Of a stretch of 64,000 bases of DNA, positions 9,694-18,335 are shown in pieces. The position numbers were made by a program, and so were the translations under genes. The stretch is from an uncultured Gemmatimonadaceae bacterium (lineage in GTDB: Bacteria > Gemmatimonadota > Gemmatimonadetes > Gemmatimonadales > Gemmatimonadaceae). The DNA is taken from the NCBI GenBank assembly GCA_963790305.1, contig CAWBOC010000002.1:96001-160000 (forward strand). The letters are read 5' to 3'. Under the pieces are notes generated by a model, which saw only the letters and a program-made list of their open reading frames with translations, was not told the DNA's origin and searched no databases. Positions within the stretch are counted from its first letter, which is position 1. Each line of letters starts with the position of its first letter.

Positions 9694-11015
9694 CGCTCGA
9701 CGTCGCGATCGTCGGCGCTGGCGTCGCAGGGCTTGCGGCGATGCGCCTGCTCGAGGAGCGGGGAATTCGCACCTGCGTTCTCGAGGCGCGCGACCGCATT
9801 GGCGGGCGCATTTACACCGTTCGAGACCCGCGGCTGGCGCATCCCTTGGAGCTGGGGGCGGAGTTCGTCCACGGCAGCGCCCCGGAGCTGCTCGAAATTG
9901 CGCGCGACGCACGCCTGCTCCTCTACGCCGTCGAAGGCGAGCGATGGCGCTCCCGGCGCGGCCGACTATCGCACCTCGATGATTTCTGGGAACAGCTTCA
10001 GACGATCAGCAGGCATCTCGACGCCAGGAGATCAGACCGCCCATTTGCCGAATTCCTCGGCGATGCACCGGGCGGGCGGGGTGCGGCAGATGCTCGATCG
10101 CTGACTCGAGCGTTCGTGGAAGGCTTTCACGCCGCGGACGTTCGGAGGATTGGCACCAAGGCGCTGGCCGACGGCGGTATTCCGAGCGATGAAGAGGAGC
10201 AGCGCCAGCTTCGAGTGGGGGACGGCTACGACCGTGTTCCTGAATGGCTGGCGAGTGGACTACGCGATCGCATTGCCACGAACGCGGTCGTCGAGCGGAT
10301 CGACTGGGAAGAAGACCGTGTGGAGATCTCGGTTCGTCGAGGCAACGAGCCTGCCACGACCGTCGCTGCTCGCGCCGCGATTATCACTGTCCCGCTCGGC
10401 GTTCTGCTCGCGGCGGCGGGGGAGCCCGGAGCGATCACGCTCTCGCCAGCACCACCGGTCGTCGCTCGCATTCGCGACTGCCTGACGATGGGAAGCGTGA
10501 CACGCGTCGTCTTTCTCTTTCGGGAGCGCTGGTGGACCGATCGCCCGCGCGGCGACTCGCTCGAATCCATGAGCTTCCTGCACGGCGATTCAGGAGACGT
10601 GGAGGTCTGGTGGTCGCTGCATCCGGCCCGCGTGCCGGTACTGGTCGGATGGGCGGGGGGACCGGCCGGCCTGCGACTGGCCGGTCGGGACCCAGCCGAA
10701 ATCCAGGATCGCGCGCTCGCGGCCCTGGCGAAGAATCTTGGGGTCTCGCGTCGCCGAGTTTCCGCGCAGGTCGAGGCATTCTGGACGCATGATTGGCAGA
10801 ACGACCCCTTCTCGCGGGGCGCGTACAGCTACGCACTCGTCGGGGGCTCTGAATCGGCGGCGCAACTCGCGCGCCCGATCAAGGGTACGCTGTGGTTCGC
10901 GGGGGAGGCGGTGGATCCGGAAGGGAGAAACGGCACCGTGCACGGCGCAATCGGCAGCGGGCGGCGCGCCGCGCAGTCATTGCTGCGCGCCCTCGAGCGC
11001 GCGAGCCCGCGCTAG
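9627..11015 (+). CDS. Flavin monoamine oxidase family FAD-dependent oxidoreductase
   Basis: IVGAGVAGLAA, EARDRIGGR, ELGAEFVHG, WQNDPFSRGAYS, FAGEA..GTVHGAIGSG; start GTG 9627 or TTG 9663. Confidence 0.9.
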   Translation: MQNASHSSRFSPLATSTTSTTSALDVAIVGAGVAGLAAMRLLEERGIRTCVLEARDRIGGRIYTVRDPRLAHPLELGAEFVHGSAPELLEIARDARLLLYAVEGERWRSRRGRLSHLDDFWEQLQTISRHLDARRSDRPFAEFLGDAPGGRGAADARSLTRAFVEGFHAADVRRIGTKALADGGIPSDEEEQRQLRVGDGYDRVPEWLASGLRDRIATNAVVERIDWEEDRVEISVRRGNEPATTVAARAAIITVPLGVLLAAAGEPGAITLSPAPPVVARIRDCLTMGSVTRVVFLFRERWWTDRPRGDSLESMSFLHGDSGDVEVWWSLHPARVPVLVGWAGGPAGLRLAGRDPAEIQDRALAALAKNLGVSRRRVSAQVEAFWTHDWQNDPFSRGAYSYALVGGSESAAQLARPIKGTLWFAGEAVDPEGRNGTVHGAIGSGRRAAQSLLRALERASPR

Positions 11016-11044
11016 TCCCCACGTGCGCTGATTATCATCCAACC

Positions 11045-12049
11045 ATGCGTTTTCCATCGATTCTGCTGACCGCCGCGATCCTTTCGACCGCCGTCGGGCG
11101 AACCGTCGCGGCGCAGGACACGACCCGCGCGCCGCGCCCCGATAGCGCCACCGTAGACTCGTCCACGGCGACGGCCACCACTCCGGCCACGGTCAAGAAG
11201 CCGGTCGCGACCCGGCCGCCGAGGCCCGCCCCGGTGTGGCCTGTCAAAGGTCCGCTCCCGCTTCCGGGATCGATCCTCCCGCACTCGCGGATCGTCGCGT
11301 TCTACGGGAACCCGCTTTCGAAGCGAATGGGTATCCTCGGCGCCCTTCCGCCCGAGCGCATGCTCGCCAAGCTCGACACCGTGGTCGCGGAGTGGCGTGC
11401 CGCCGATTCCCTCACGGTGGTTCAGCCGGCGCTGCATCTGATCGCGGTCGTCGCGCAGGCGGCGGCCGGCCGGGACGGGAAGTATCGCGCGCGCATGGCC
11501 GACACCCTGATCGACCGCGTGCTGGGCTGGGCGCAGACACGAAACGCCATCGTCTTCCTCGACATCCAGGTCGGGAAGAGCACGCTGCAGGACGAGCTGC
11601 CCCGGTTCGCGAAGTACCTCGCCCTGCCTAACGTCCACCTGGGCATCGACCCCGAATTCTCGATGAAACGTGGCGGACGCCCGGGCGAGCGCGTGGGCAC
11701 GTACGACGCGGCGGACATCAACTACGCCACATCGTTCCTTGCCGGCCTCGTGACGCAGCACAACTTGCCGCCGAAGGTGTTCGTCGTGCACCGGTTCACG
11801 CGGCCCATGGTCACGAATACGAGCAAGATCACGCTCGACCCTCGCGTGCAGATCGTAATGCACATGGACGGATGGGGATGGCCGTCGCTGAAGAAGGAAT
11901 CCTACCGGCGCTACATCTACCAGGAGCCCGTGCAGTTCACGGGATTCAAGCTCTTCTACCACAACGACACGAAGGCCGGCTACCCGCTGATGACACCGGC
12001 GCAGGTTCTCCTGCTCGAGCCCAGGCCGGTGTACATCCAGTACCAGTAA
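11045..12049 (+). CDS. Conserved hypothetical exported protein
   Basis: Signal peptide, Pro/Thr linker, IVAFYGNP..MGILG, VHLGIDPEF, HMDGWG, GFKLFY. Confidence 0.7.
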   Translation: MRFPSILLTAAILSTAVGRTVAAQDTTRAPRPDSATVDSSTATATTPATVKKPVATRPPRPAPVWPVKGPLPLPGSILPHSRIVAFYGNPLSKRMGILGALPPERMLAKLDTVVAEWRAADSLTVVQPALHLIAVVAQAAAGRDGKYRARMADTLIDRVLGWAQTRNAIVFLDIQVGKSTLQDELPRFAKYLALPNVHLGIDPEFSMKRGGRPGERVGTYDAADINYATSFLAGLVTQHNLPPKVFVVHRFTRPMVTNTSKITLDPRVQIVMHMDGWGWPSLKKESYRRYIYQEPVQFTGFKLFYHNDTKAGYPLMTPAQVLLLEPRPVYIQYQ

Positions 12050-12070
12050 CCGTGCGTCCTGGAGCGCCGA

Positions 12071-12565
12071 ATGCTCGTCCTGCTCCGCCACGTGTTCGCG
12101 ATTCTCGTGCTGCCCGTCGTAATGGCCATCGTCGTTCCCAGCTGGCTGCTCACGCGATACGCCCTGGTTGATTCGCGATGGAGCGACGGCTCAGCGCTGA
12201 TGTGGCCAATGCGCGGGCTCGGCGCGATCCTCTTGCTCGCCGGATTTCTGCTATTCGCCTGGTGCGTGAGCCTGTTCGCGCGCGTGGGACAGGGGACGTT
12301 GGCGCCGTGGGATCCCACGCGACGCCTCGTCGCGGTCGGTCCCTACCGGTACATTCGCAACCCGATGATCACCGGCGTCGCGACCGTGCTGGCGGGATGG
12401 GCGGTCTTCACCGGATCGTGGGTGCTCGCCCTCTGGTTCCTCACCTTCGTCGCGTTCAATTCGGTGTACTTCGTGCTCGTGGAAGAGCCCGGGCTCGAGC
12501 ACCGGTTTGGCGCGCCCTACCGCGAATACAAGGCGCAGGTTCCCCGGTGGATTCCTCGCCGTTAG
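12071..12565 (+). CDS. Isoprenylcysteine carboxyl methyltransferase/PEMT family membrane protein
   Basis: GQGTLAPWDP, LVAVGPYRYIRNPM, EEPGLEHRFG..Y..YKAQVPRWIPR. Confidence 0.85.
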   Translation: MLVLLRHVFAILVLPVVMAIVVPSWLLTRYALVDSRWSDGSALMWPMRGLGAILLLAGFLLFAWCVSLFARVGQGTLAPWDPTRRLVAVGPYRYIRNPMITGVATVLAGWAVFTGSWVLALWFLTFVAFNSVYFVLVEEPGLEHRFGAPYREYKAQVPRWIPRR

Positions 12566-13989
12566 GCTGACAGCCGCGCCTTCGGCTCCATGGCGATGGG
12601 GAACCGGAGGCGAAAGCGAGCACCGCCCTCATCCCGGTTCTCGGCAGTGACGGTTCCGCCGTGCTCGGTGATGATCTCGCGTGCGATCCAGAGGCCGAGT
12701 CCCGTGCCCTTGCCGACGGGCTTGGTGGTGAAGAAGCGGTCGAAGACACGTTCCGCGACGCCGGGCGCGAAGCCCGGGCCCGTGTCCTCGACGCAGAGCC
12801 ACACCTGCGTGGGATCGCCGCCCGTCGTGATGCGGACGAGACGCGGACCGCTGCGGCCTTCCATCGCCTGCACGGCATTGATCACGAGATTGAGCACGAT
12901 CTGCTCGAGCCTGCTCGCGAATCCCCGGATCGTCGGCAGTCCTTCGGGAAGCTCGGACTGTATGGAAACGCGCTGGTCGCGCAGCAGCGGGCGGAGCACG
13001 GCGAGCGCCTGCGTCGCGACCCGCGACAGCGAGATGGCGTCGTCTCGGGCCTCACGCGGATGCGACACACGGAGGAGATCGCGAACGACCTCGGCGGTCC
13101 GCCGCGATTCCTTGATGATGCCGTCCACGTCCTCCCGCTGTGAGGCGGTCAGCGGCGTCGTCTTCAGCATCTCGGCGAGCATCGAGATGGAGGCGAGCGG
13201 GTTGTTGACCTCGTGGACGACCGTCGCCGCGAGCGTTCCCACGGCCGCCAGCTTGTCAGCCTCCTGGAGGCGAACCGCCAGCGCGCGCTCCTCGGCGTCG
13301 CGCTGTACCTGCGCCGTCAGGGCGCGCCGCAGCGTCTGCGCCTGACGAGCCGTCGCGTAGGTCGCGGCGCCCCCGGCGACGGCGAGGAAGAACATTCGCG
13401 CGCCTTCGTCGAACAGCGACGATCCCGCCATGACCGGGGTGTCGAGCGGGTTGCCCACGAGGACCAGCCGGCCGGTCACGACGAGAAGCGTGACGAGCGC
13501 TCCGTACTCGGCGATCGCCAGCGTCGAGACGCCAGCCGCACGGCGCCAGGAATTGGTGAGCGACTGAGCGGCGATGATCAGGGTGTACGCGAGGAACATC
13601 GGCGACTTCACCGCCAGCTCCGCGCGGCCGAACACCCCGTAGCCGGCGAGCAGCACGGTGAGCGCTGTCGTGTCCACTATGGCGTTCAGCGTCGAGAGCC
13701 ACCGGGGCGCTTGTCCCTTTCGGTGAAACACCAGCTGCTGGCCCGCCGTCCACAGCAGCATCGGGACGAGCACCGCCGCATTGACGCGGTTCAGGGACTG
13801 AGTTAGCCGAGTGGCGTACAGCGCGCTGGCGACGGCGAGCAGCACCAACACCACCGCGCGCACGCCATTGAGCACCCGCTCGCTGCGTACCCGCTCGACG
13901 TCGAGCAGGTGCGTGGTGAGCTGCGCGATAAGTGACGTGGGCGTGTCGGCAGCGGAGGGCTGCTGCCCGAATGCGGGTGGCGGGACCAT
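12562..13989 (-). CDS. Membrane sensor histidine kinase (NtrB-like)
   Basis: ~6 TM segments; VVHEVNNPL, NLVINAVQAM, DTGPG, FFTTKPVGKGTGLGL. Confidence 0.88.
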   Translation of the reverse strand: MVPPPAFGQQPSAADTPTSLIAQLTTHLLDVERVRSERVLNGVRAVVLVLLAVASALYATRLTQSLNRVNAAVLVPMLLWTAGQQLVFHRKGQAPRWLSTLNAIVDTTALTVLLAGYGVFGRAELAVKSPMFLAYTLIIAAQSLTNSWRRAAGVSTLAIAEYGALVTLLVVTGRLVLVGNPLDTPVMAGSSLFDEGARMFFLAVAGGAATYATARQAQTLRRALTAQVQRDAEERALAVRLQEADKLAAVGTLAATVVHEVNNPLASISMLAEMLKTTPLTASQREDVDGIIKESRRTAEVVRDLLRVSHPREARDDAISLSRVATQALAVLRPLLRDQRVSIQSELPEGLPTIRGFASRLEQIVLNLVINAVQAMEGRSGPRLVRITTGGDPTQVWLCVEDTGPGFAPGVAERVFDRFFTTKPVGKGTGLGLWIAREIITEHGGTVTAENRDEGGARFRLRFPIAMEPKARLSA

Positions 13990-14096
13990 CTCCGACGAAT
14001 GGACTGATGATCGCGAGCGAGGGTCACGCCTCGCATTGCGATTCGGGGCGCCGCGGAGCATCGTCAACACCATGCGAGGCTCGGCCAGCGGAGCGT

Positions 14097-14285
14097 TTGA
14101 AATGCGAGCGGTGCAGCGCACGGCTCGGGCTGTCCGGAGGGACGGTCTGCTCCGGATGCCGCGAGCTGTTGTGCGGCCGACACTTCGGCCCGGGAACGGG
14201 GTCGCTGTGCGACGCCTGCCGCAACCCGCTTCGCCGCCGCCGAAGCCTCCTCCGGCCGTGGATACGTACCCGCGGCGCTGGTTAG
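14097..14285 (+). CDS. Small Cys-rich putative zinc-finger protein
   Basis: TTG start after GGAG; CERC..CSGC..LCGRH..LCDAC. Confidence 0.5.
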   Translation: MKCERCSARLGLSGGTVCSGCRELLCGRHFGPGTGSLCDACRNPLRRRRSLLRPWIRTRGAG

Positions 14286-14296
14286 CGCGAGAGCCG

Positions 14297-14722
14297 CTAC
14301 GTTCCCTTCGGCTTCAATCGTTTCACGTTACGAAGCGCTTCCTGTTGCTCCGGCGTCAGCAGGTTCTTGATGCGAACGAGGAGCGCCATGTGCGCTCGCT
14401 TGATCTCTCGCTCGATCTCCAGGACGCGGTCCACCTGCGCCAGCGTCTGCGCCTCATCGACCCTCGCGCCCTTCACGAGCTCCGTCAGCTTCTGTGCCTC
14501 ATCCTGCATCTTCCACTGGAGATCGACGACCTTGAGCTGCAAGTCCCGAATCGACTGCGTGATGGATGTCCGTTGCTCCGGCGTGAGGCGGAGGTTCTGC
14601 TGGTGCTGCATCACCAGCTCGGGTGGATAGAGGTGCTTCGCGAAGTCCGGCTCTGGTTCCTGCGCGGCCAATGGGGTCGCGATGAGCAGCAGAAGGATCG
14701 CGTATCGGCGTGAATGCATCAT
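14297..14722 (-). CDS. Spy/CpxP-like periplasmic protein
   Basis: Signal peptide; LRLTPEQ and LLTPEQQ (LTxxQ motifs). Confidence 0.8.
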   Translation of the reverse strand: MMHSRRYAILLLLIATPLAAQEPEPDFAKHLYPPELVMQHQQNLRLTPEQRTSITQSIRDLQLKVVDLQWKMQDEAQKLTELVKGARVDEAQTLAQVDRVLEIEREIKRAHMALLVRIKNLLTPEQQEALRNVKRLKPKGT

Positions 14723-15105
14723 GACGGATTCCTTTGAGAACGTGTGGATTCTGAGGCGGGCGAACGGCCCCGCAGGTCTATCGGCGTCCAGTCGTCAGGC
14801 GATCCTACCGATGGCACCGATCGCAGCAGCTCGCTTCCCGGCGTGACCAGGAGAAAGTCCGTAGGCGACCGCCAGGCCGCCGCTCCAAGGTCCACGACCT
14901 GATGTACCATGCTCCGCGGCGTCCGATCTGGTCGCGCGAGCGGGAGTGCGATGAGGACGATGGCTGCCGCCACGGCCACCCGCGCTCCCCGCCCCCATCG
15001 CGGCGCCTCCCGGGCGATCGGCGCCCGAAAGGGCGGAATGCGAGCGCGATCTTCCTGTTTCAGTCGAGCGAACGCCTCACGGAGATCGCGATCGTCGTCA
15101 TTCAT
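14719..15105 (-). CDS. Putative membrane anti-sigma factor
   Basis: Single TM, WRSPTDFLL; ATGA-coupled to the ECF gene. Confidence 0.6.
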   Translation of the reverse strand: MNDDDRDLREAFARLKQEDRARIPPFRAPIAREAPRWGRGARVAVAAAIVLIALPLARPDRTPRSMVHQVVDLGAAAWRSPTDFLLVTPGSELLRSVPSVGSPDDWTPIDLRGRSPASESTRSQRNPS

Positions 15106-15614
15106 CGGTGATCCTCCACCGTGAGCAGATCGCGAAGCCGCTGCTTGCCGCGCTCGTAATGCGTGCGCGCCGTGCCGATCGAGATGCCCATCACACCGGC
15201 GGCTTCAGCGATGGTCAGGTCCTGGTAGAACACGAGATGCAGCAGCTGCCGTTGCCGAGTGGTCAAGGTCGCCAGTGCGCCGACGAGCCGGGCCGCCGAT
15301 TCCGAGTGAACGACCACCGTTGCCGGGTCGGCCGATGGGTCGGCGCGATCGGTCAGCGACGTGGATCGAAACCGTTGCAGTGCGCGCCACCGACGGTGCT
15401 CCGCGGCTGTTCGCCGAATGACCCCGAAGAGCCAGGTCTTGAGGCTCGAGCGCGACGCGAAGACAGCCCGCCCATCCAGCACCTTGAGATAGCTCGTCTG
15501 CAACACGTCCTCCGCTTCGGTACGATCTCGGCCGCAGCACGCCATCGCCCAGGCGAAGCAGTCGGCATGGTGTCGCTCGAGCTCCGATTCGACGTTTGCC
15601 CGCGCGATCTCCAA
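15102..15614 (-). CDS. ECF RNA polymerase sigma-70 factor
   Basis: EAEDVLQ, SLKTWLFGV, region 4 LTIAEAAGVMGISIGTARTHYERGK. Confidence 0.9.
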   Translation of the reverse strand: MEIARANVESELERHHADCFAWAMACCGRDRTEAEDVLQTSYLKVLDGRAVFASRSSLKTWLFGVIRRTAAEHRRWRALQRFRSTSLTDRADPSADPATVVVHSESAARLVGALATLTTRQRQLLHLVFYQDLTIAEAAGVMGISIGTARTHYERGKQRLRDLLTVEDHR

Positions 15615-15760
15615 ATGCGTTCTCCGGGAGCCAATGGCGTCCTGGGAATGTGTGGGCGGACGGCCCAGCCTATATGACGGAAGGAATTCCGAAGCGCCAT
15701 CTCTGGCGAGCGGAGCGCGCCGGGCTAATTTTCCCGGCAGACCGAACCGGAGAGGCCGTG

Positions 15761-15937
15761 ATGAAGCGCAAGCACCGCCCCGTCATTCCGAAATTCGGGC
15801 GTAGTCCGGCGCCGAAGTCCGAGCGTCCACGCCCCGACGGCGACGTGCCATCGCCCGTGAAACCCGTCGTGCCGGCACGCGTGCAGGTCGTCAAGCCGCA
15901 TTCCACGTCAATGAAGTCCGGGCGCCGCGGCTCGTAG
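15761..15937 (+). CDS. Small basic Pro/Lys-rich hypothetical protein
   Basis: GGAGAGG RBS; MKRKHRPVIPKFGR...KPHSTSMKSGRRGS. Confidence 0.5.
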   Translation: MKRKHRPVIPKFGRSPAPKSERPRPDGDVPSPVKPVVPARVQVVKPHSTSMKSGRRGS

Positions 15938-15938
15938 G

Positions 15939-16018
15939 CCTCAGGGTGCTCGAGGTGCTCAGGGTGCTCCAGGTGCGGCGGCCTGTCACTCGAGCACCTC
16001 GAGCACCTCGAGCACCTG
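15939..16018. repeat. Inverted 9-bp tandem-repeat hairpin (GAGGTGCTC family)
   Basis: tcagggtgctcgaggtgctcagggtgctccaggtgc ... ctcgagcacctcgagcacctcgagcacctg. Confidence 0.8.
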
Positions 16019-16021
16019 TAA

Positions 16022-16603
16022 ATGAATTCCGGCCTTCGCGACGAGCTGCTTCGCATGGACGCGCGCGATCAGACGGTGCGCGCGGAGCTCGCCGCTGACG
16101 GCTCACTTTTCAAGGGGTATCACCCGCGGATGGAAGCGGTGCACCGCGAGCACGCCGCGCGGCTGCGCGACATCATCCTCCGCGTGGGGTGGCCGGGCGA
16201 AAAGCTCGTCGGGAAGGACGGGGCGCATGCGGCGTGGCGCATCGCGCAGCACTCGATCGGCGAGCCCGCCTTCATGCGCGCCTGTCGAAAGCTGCTCGAC
16301 GAAGCGTCTCAGAGTGGCGATGCGCCGCGGTGGCAGTTCGCGATGATGGACGATCGCATTCGCGCCTTCGAAGGCGTGCCGCAGCGGTTTGGCTCCCAGC
16401 TCCGCGAGACGACTAACGGCCTCGCCCCCTACCCACTCGAGGATGTGAGCAAGGTCGAGGAGTGGCGGGCCGAGGTCGGCCTGCCGCGCCTCGGCGAGCT
16501 GCTGTCGGGGCTTCGTGAGAATCCCCCTCCAACTGCGGATGAGGTCGCCGCCAACAATGTCGCGGAGCTCGAGTGGCGTCGCAGGGTGGGCTGGATCGGC
16601 TGA
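16022..16603 (+). CDS. DUF6624-like protein
   Basis: ELLRMDARDQTVR, GWPGEKLVG..GAHAAWRIAQH, DRIR..EG.PQRFGSQ. Confidence 0.7.
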   Translation: MNSGLRDELLRMDARDQTVRAELAADGSLFKGYHPRMEAVHREHAARLRDIILRVGWPGEKLVGKDGAHAAWRIAQHSIGEPAFMRACRKLLDEASQSGDAPRWQFAMMDDRIRAFEGVPQRFGSQLRETTNGLAPYPLEDVSKVEEWRAEVGLPRLGELLSGLRENPPPTADEVAANNVAELEWRRRVGWIG

Positions 16604-16605
16604 GC

Positions 16606-17160
16606 TCACCAGCCCTGTTCGTCGACGTATTCGGTGGTCGTGCTCTTCGGCATCATGAACATGAAGGCGCCGTACATCGCGTACATGATCTTCGCCTTCG
16701 TTGGAAGATCGCCCGTCTCCAGCTCCTGCTTGAGGAGACCGAGGATCTCCCTCCATCCGGCAGCGACTTTCTCCGGCGCTTTGTGCGCGGTCGTCCAGCC
16801 AGAGTGGGTAATGGTGACGCGGCACCCGCCGGCTTCCTCCTGAAGCTCCCAGGTCACGAGCGTGAAGGGTGACACGCTGCTCGTGAACATGTAGGTGTGC
16901 GAAAACTTGCGCGGCGGCTCGACGGCCACCACTTCGCCCACGATGAAGACGCGCTTCCGGTCCGGGCTGTAGTAGCGAAGCCGGCTCCCCGGTTTGAGCT
17001 CACTCTCGAGCACGGTGTTGTAGAGCGCGCGCTGGATCTTCCCCGTTTTGGTGATCTCATCCCACACGCGGTGCACCGGCACGGCAATGTGGATGGAGAC
17101 GACGTGATCGGGCAGGGGAGTGCCGGCAGCCGCGGGCTTGGATCCTGTCGGAGTGGTCAT
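16606..17160 (-). CDS. SRPBCC/AHSA1-like domain protein
   Basis: IHIAVPVHRVWDEIT, GEVVAVEPPRKF, GWREILGLLKQELETG; ATGA-coupled to ArsR. Confidence 0.85.
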   Translation of the reverse strand: MTTPTGSKPAAAGTPLPDHVVSIHIAVPVHRVWDEITKTGKIQRALYNTVLESELKPGSRLRYYSPDRKRVFIVGEVVAVEPPRKFSHTYMFTSSVSPFTLVTWELQEEAGGCRVTITHSGWTTAHKAPEKVAAGWREILGLLKQELETGDLPTKAKIMYAMYGAFMFMMPKSTTTEYVDEQGW

Positions 17161-17504
17161 GCGCGCTCCTTGCGCGTTTGGGTCTCCAGCTCGTCCCGCA
17201 GACTGACCAGCGCCTCGGTCCACGGTCTCGTGTAGCGCGACACCCACCGGTCGACCACCTGCTGGATGGGAACGGGATTCAGATAGTTGTACCGCTCGCG
17301 CCCGTCGCGCCTCGGGATCACGAGGTCGGCATCCTCGAGCACCCGCAAATGCTGCATGACAGCGAATCGCGTGAGCTTGGGAAAGCGCTCGGCGATCGAT
17401 CCGGTCGTGAGGGGACCCTCTCGCAGATGATCGAGGATCGCTCGGCGAGTCGAGCTCGAGAGCGCCTTCCACACGGGGGCGAGAGGATCGCGGCGTCGGG
17501 GCAT
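17157..17504 (-). CDS. ArsR/SmtB family transcriptional regulator
   Basis: VWKALSSSTRRAILDHL, RFAVMQHLRVLEDADLV, GRERYNYLNPVPI. Confidence 0.9.
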   Translation of the reverse strand: MPRRRDPLAPVWKALSSSTRRAILDHLREGPLTTGSIAERFPKLTRFAVMQHLRVLEDADLVIPRRDGRERYNYLNPVPIQQVVDRWVSRYTRPWTEALVSLRDELETQTRKERA

Positions 17505-17593
17505 TCGGGAACGGCAAAGATGACGGAGTTCAGAATATCTGCGTGGCCCCGCGGCTCAAGCCCAACCGGAACCATCGCGAAGCCCAGCCTTGC

Positions 17594-17617
17594 ATATGTG
17601 ATAATAATGTCACATAT
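17594..17617. promoter_or_regulatory. Palindromic operator, probably for the adjacent ArsR
   Basis: ATATGTGA-taataatg-TCACATAT in an AT-rich gap between divergent genes. Confidence 0.65.
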
Positions 17618-17663
17618 TCATTCCGTCAATGGTGGCGACGACATTCAACGGAAGAGGTGTACA

Positions 17664-18074
17664 ATGGGGAAGATCGGACGAACCATTCTCGCGGTGCTGG
17701 CCGGCGCCATCGTGTGGGCGGTGCTGTGGGTCGGCGGAACGCAGGCCGCGCAACGGGCCTTTCCGGCCCTGCTCGCTGTGGGACAGCCCGTCACCAATGT
17801 CGGCGCGCTCGTCGGGCTCATCCTCTATAGCGTCGCGTTGTCCGTTCTCGCCGGGTACGTGACGGCAACGGTTGCGTCGAGGGAGCCCCTGCCGGCCGTG
17901 AGAGCGCTGGCGATTGTCCAGCTCGTGCTTGGCCTCGGGTTCGAGGTCTCGGCGTGGAGTCTCACGCCGGTGTGGTACCACCTCGTGTTCCTGGCGCTGA
18001 TCGTCCCGGCGACGATCTACGGAGGCCGGCTCCGCGTTAGGCGCGGCGGGGCTGCGGCGCTGCTGCCCGTGTAA
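17664..18074 (+). CDS. Hypothetical 4-TM membrane protein
   Basis: GAGG RBS, hydrophobic helices, PVWYHLVFLALIVP. Confidence 0.7.
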   Translation: MGKIGRTILAVLAGAIVWAVLWVGGTQAAQRAFPALLAVGQPVTNVGALVGLILYSVALSVLAGYVTATVASREPLPAVRALAIVQLVLGLGFEVSAWSLTPVWYHLVFLALIVPATIYGGRLRVRRGGAAALLPV

Positions 18075-18335
18075 GGCCAGGGCTGCGACGGCGGCCGGTC
18101 GGGCGACGGCCCGATTCCCTGGCCGCCGTCCGCGCACGCCTGTTTCGGACGCGAATCAACCCTCGTTGCAGCGAACAGGCCCCGGCACCCGTGTTCTCGC
18201 TGCGTCCGAGCAAAGCCCGAACTCGTTTCGACTACGCCTTTGAAATCGTCTGAACAAGTGTATCGAGCACGGTCTATCCACTGACATGTGACGGGGTTGC
18301 TCCCGTCCTCAGCGCCTCCCGTCTTGCGTCGAGTC

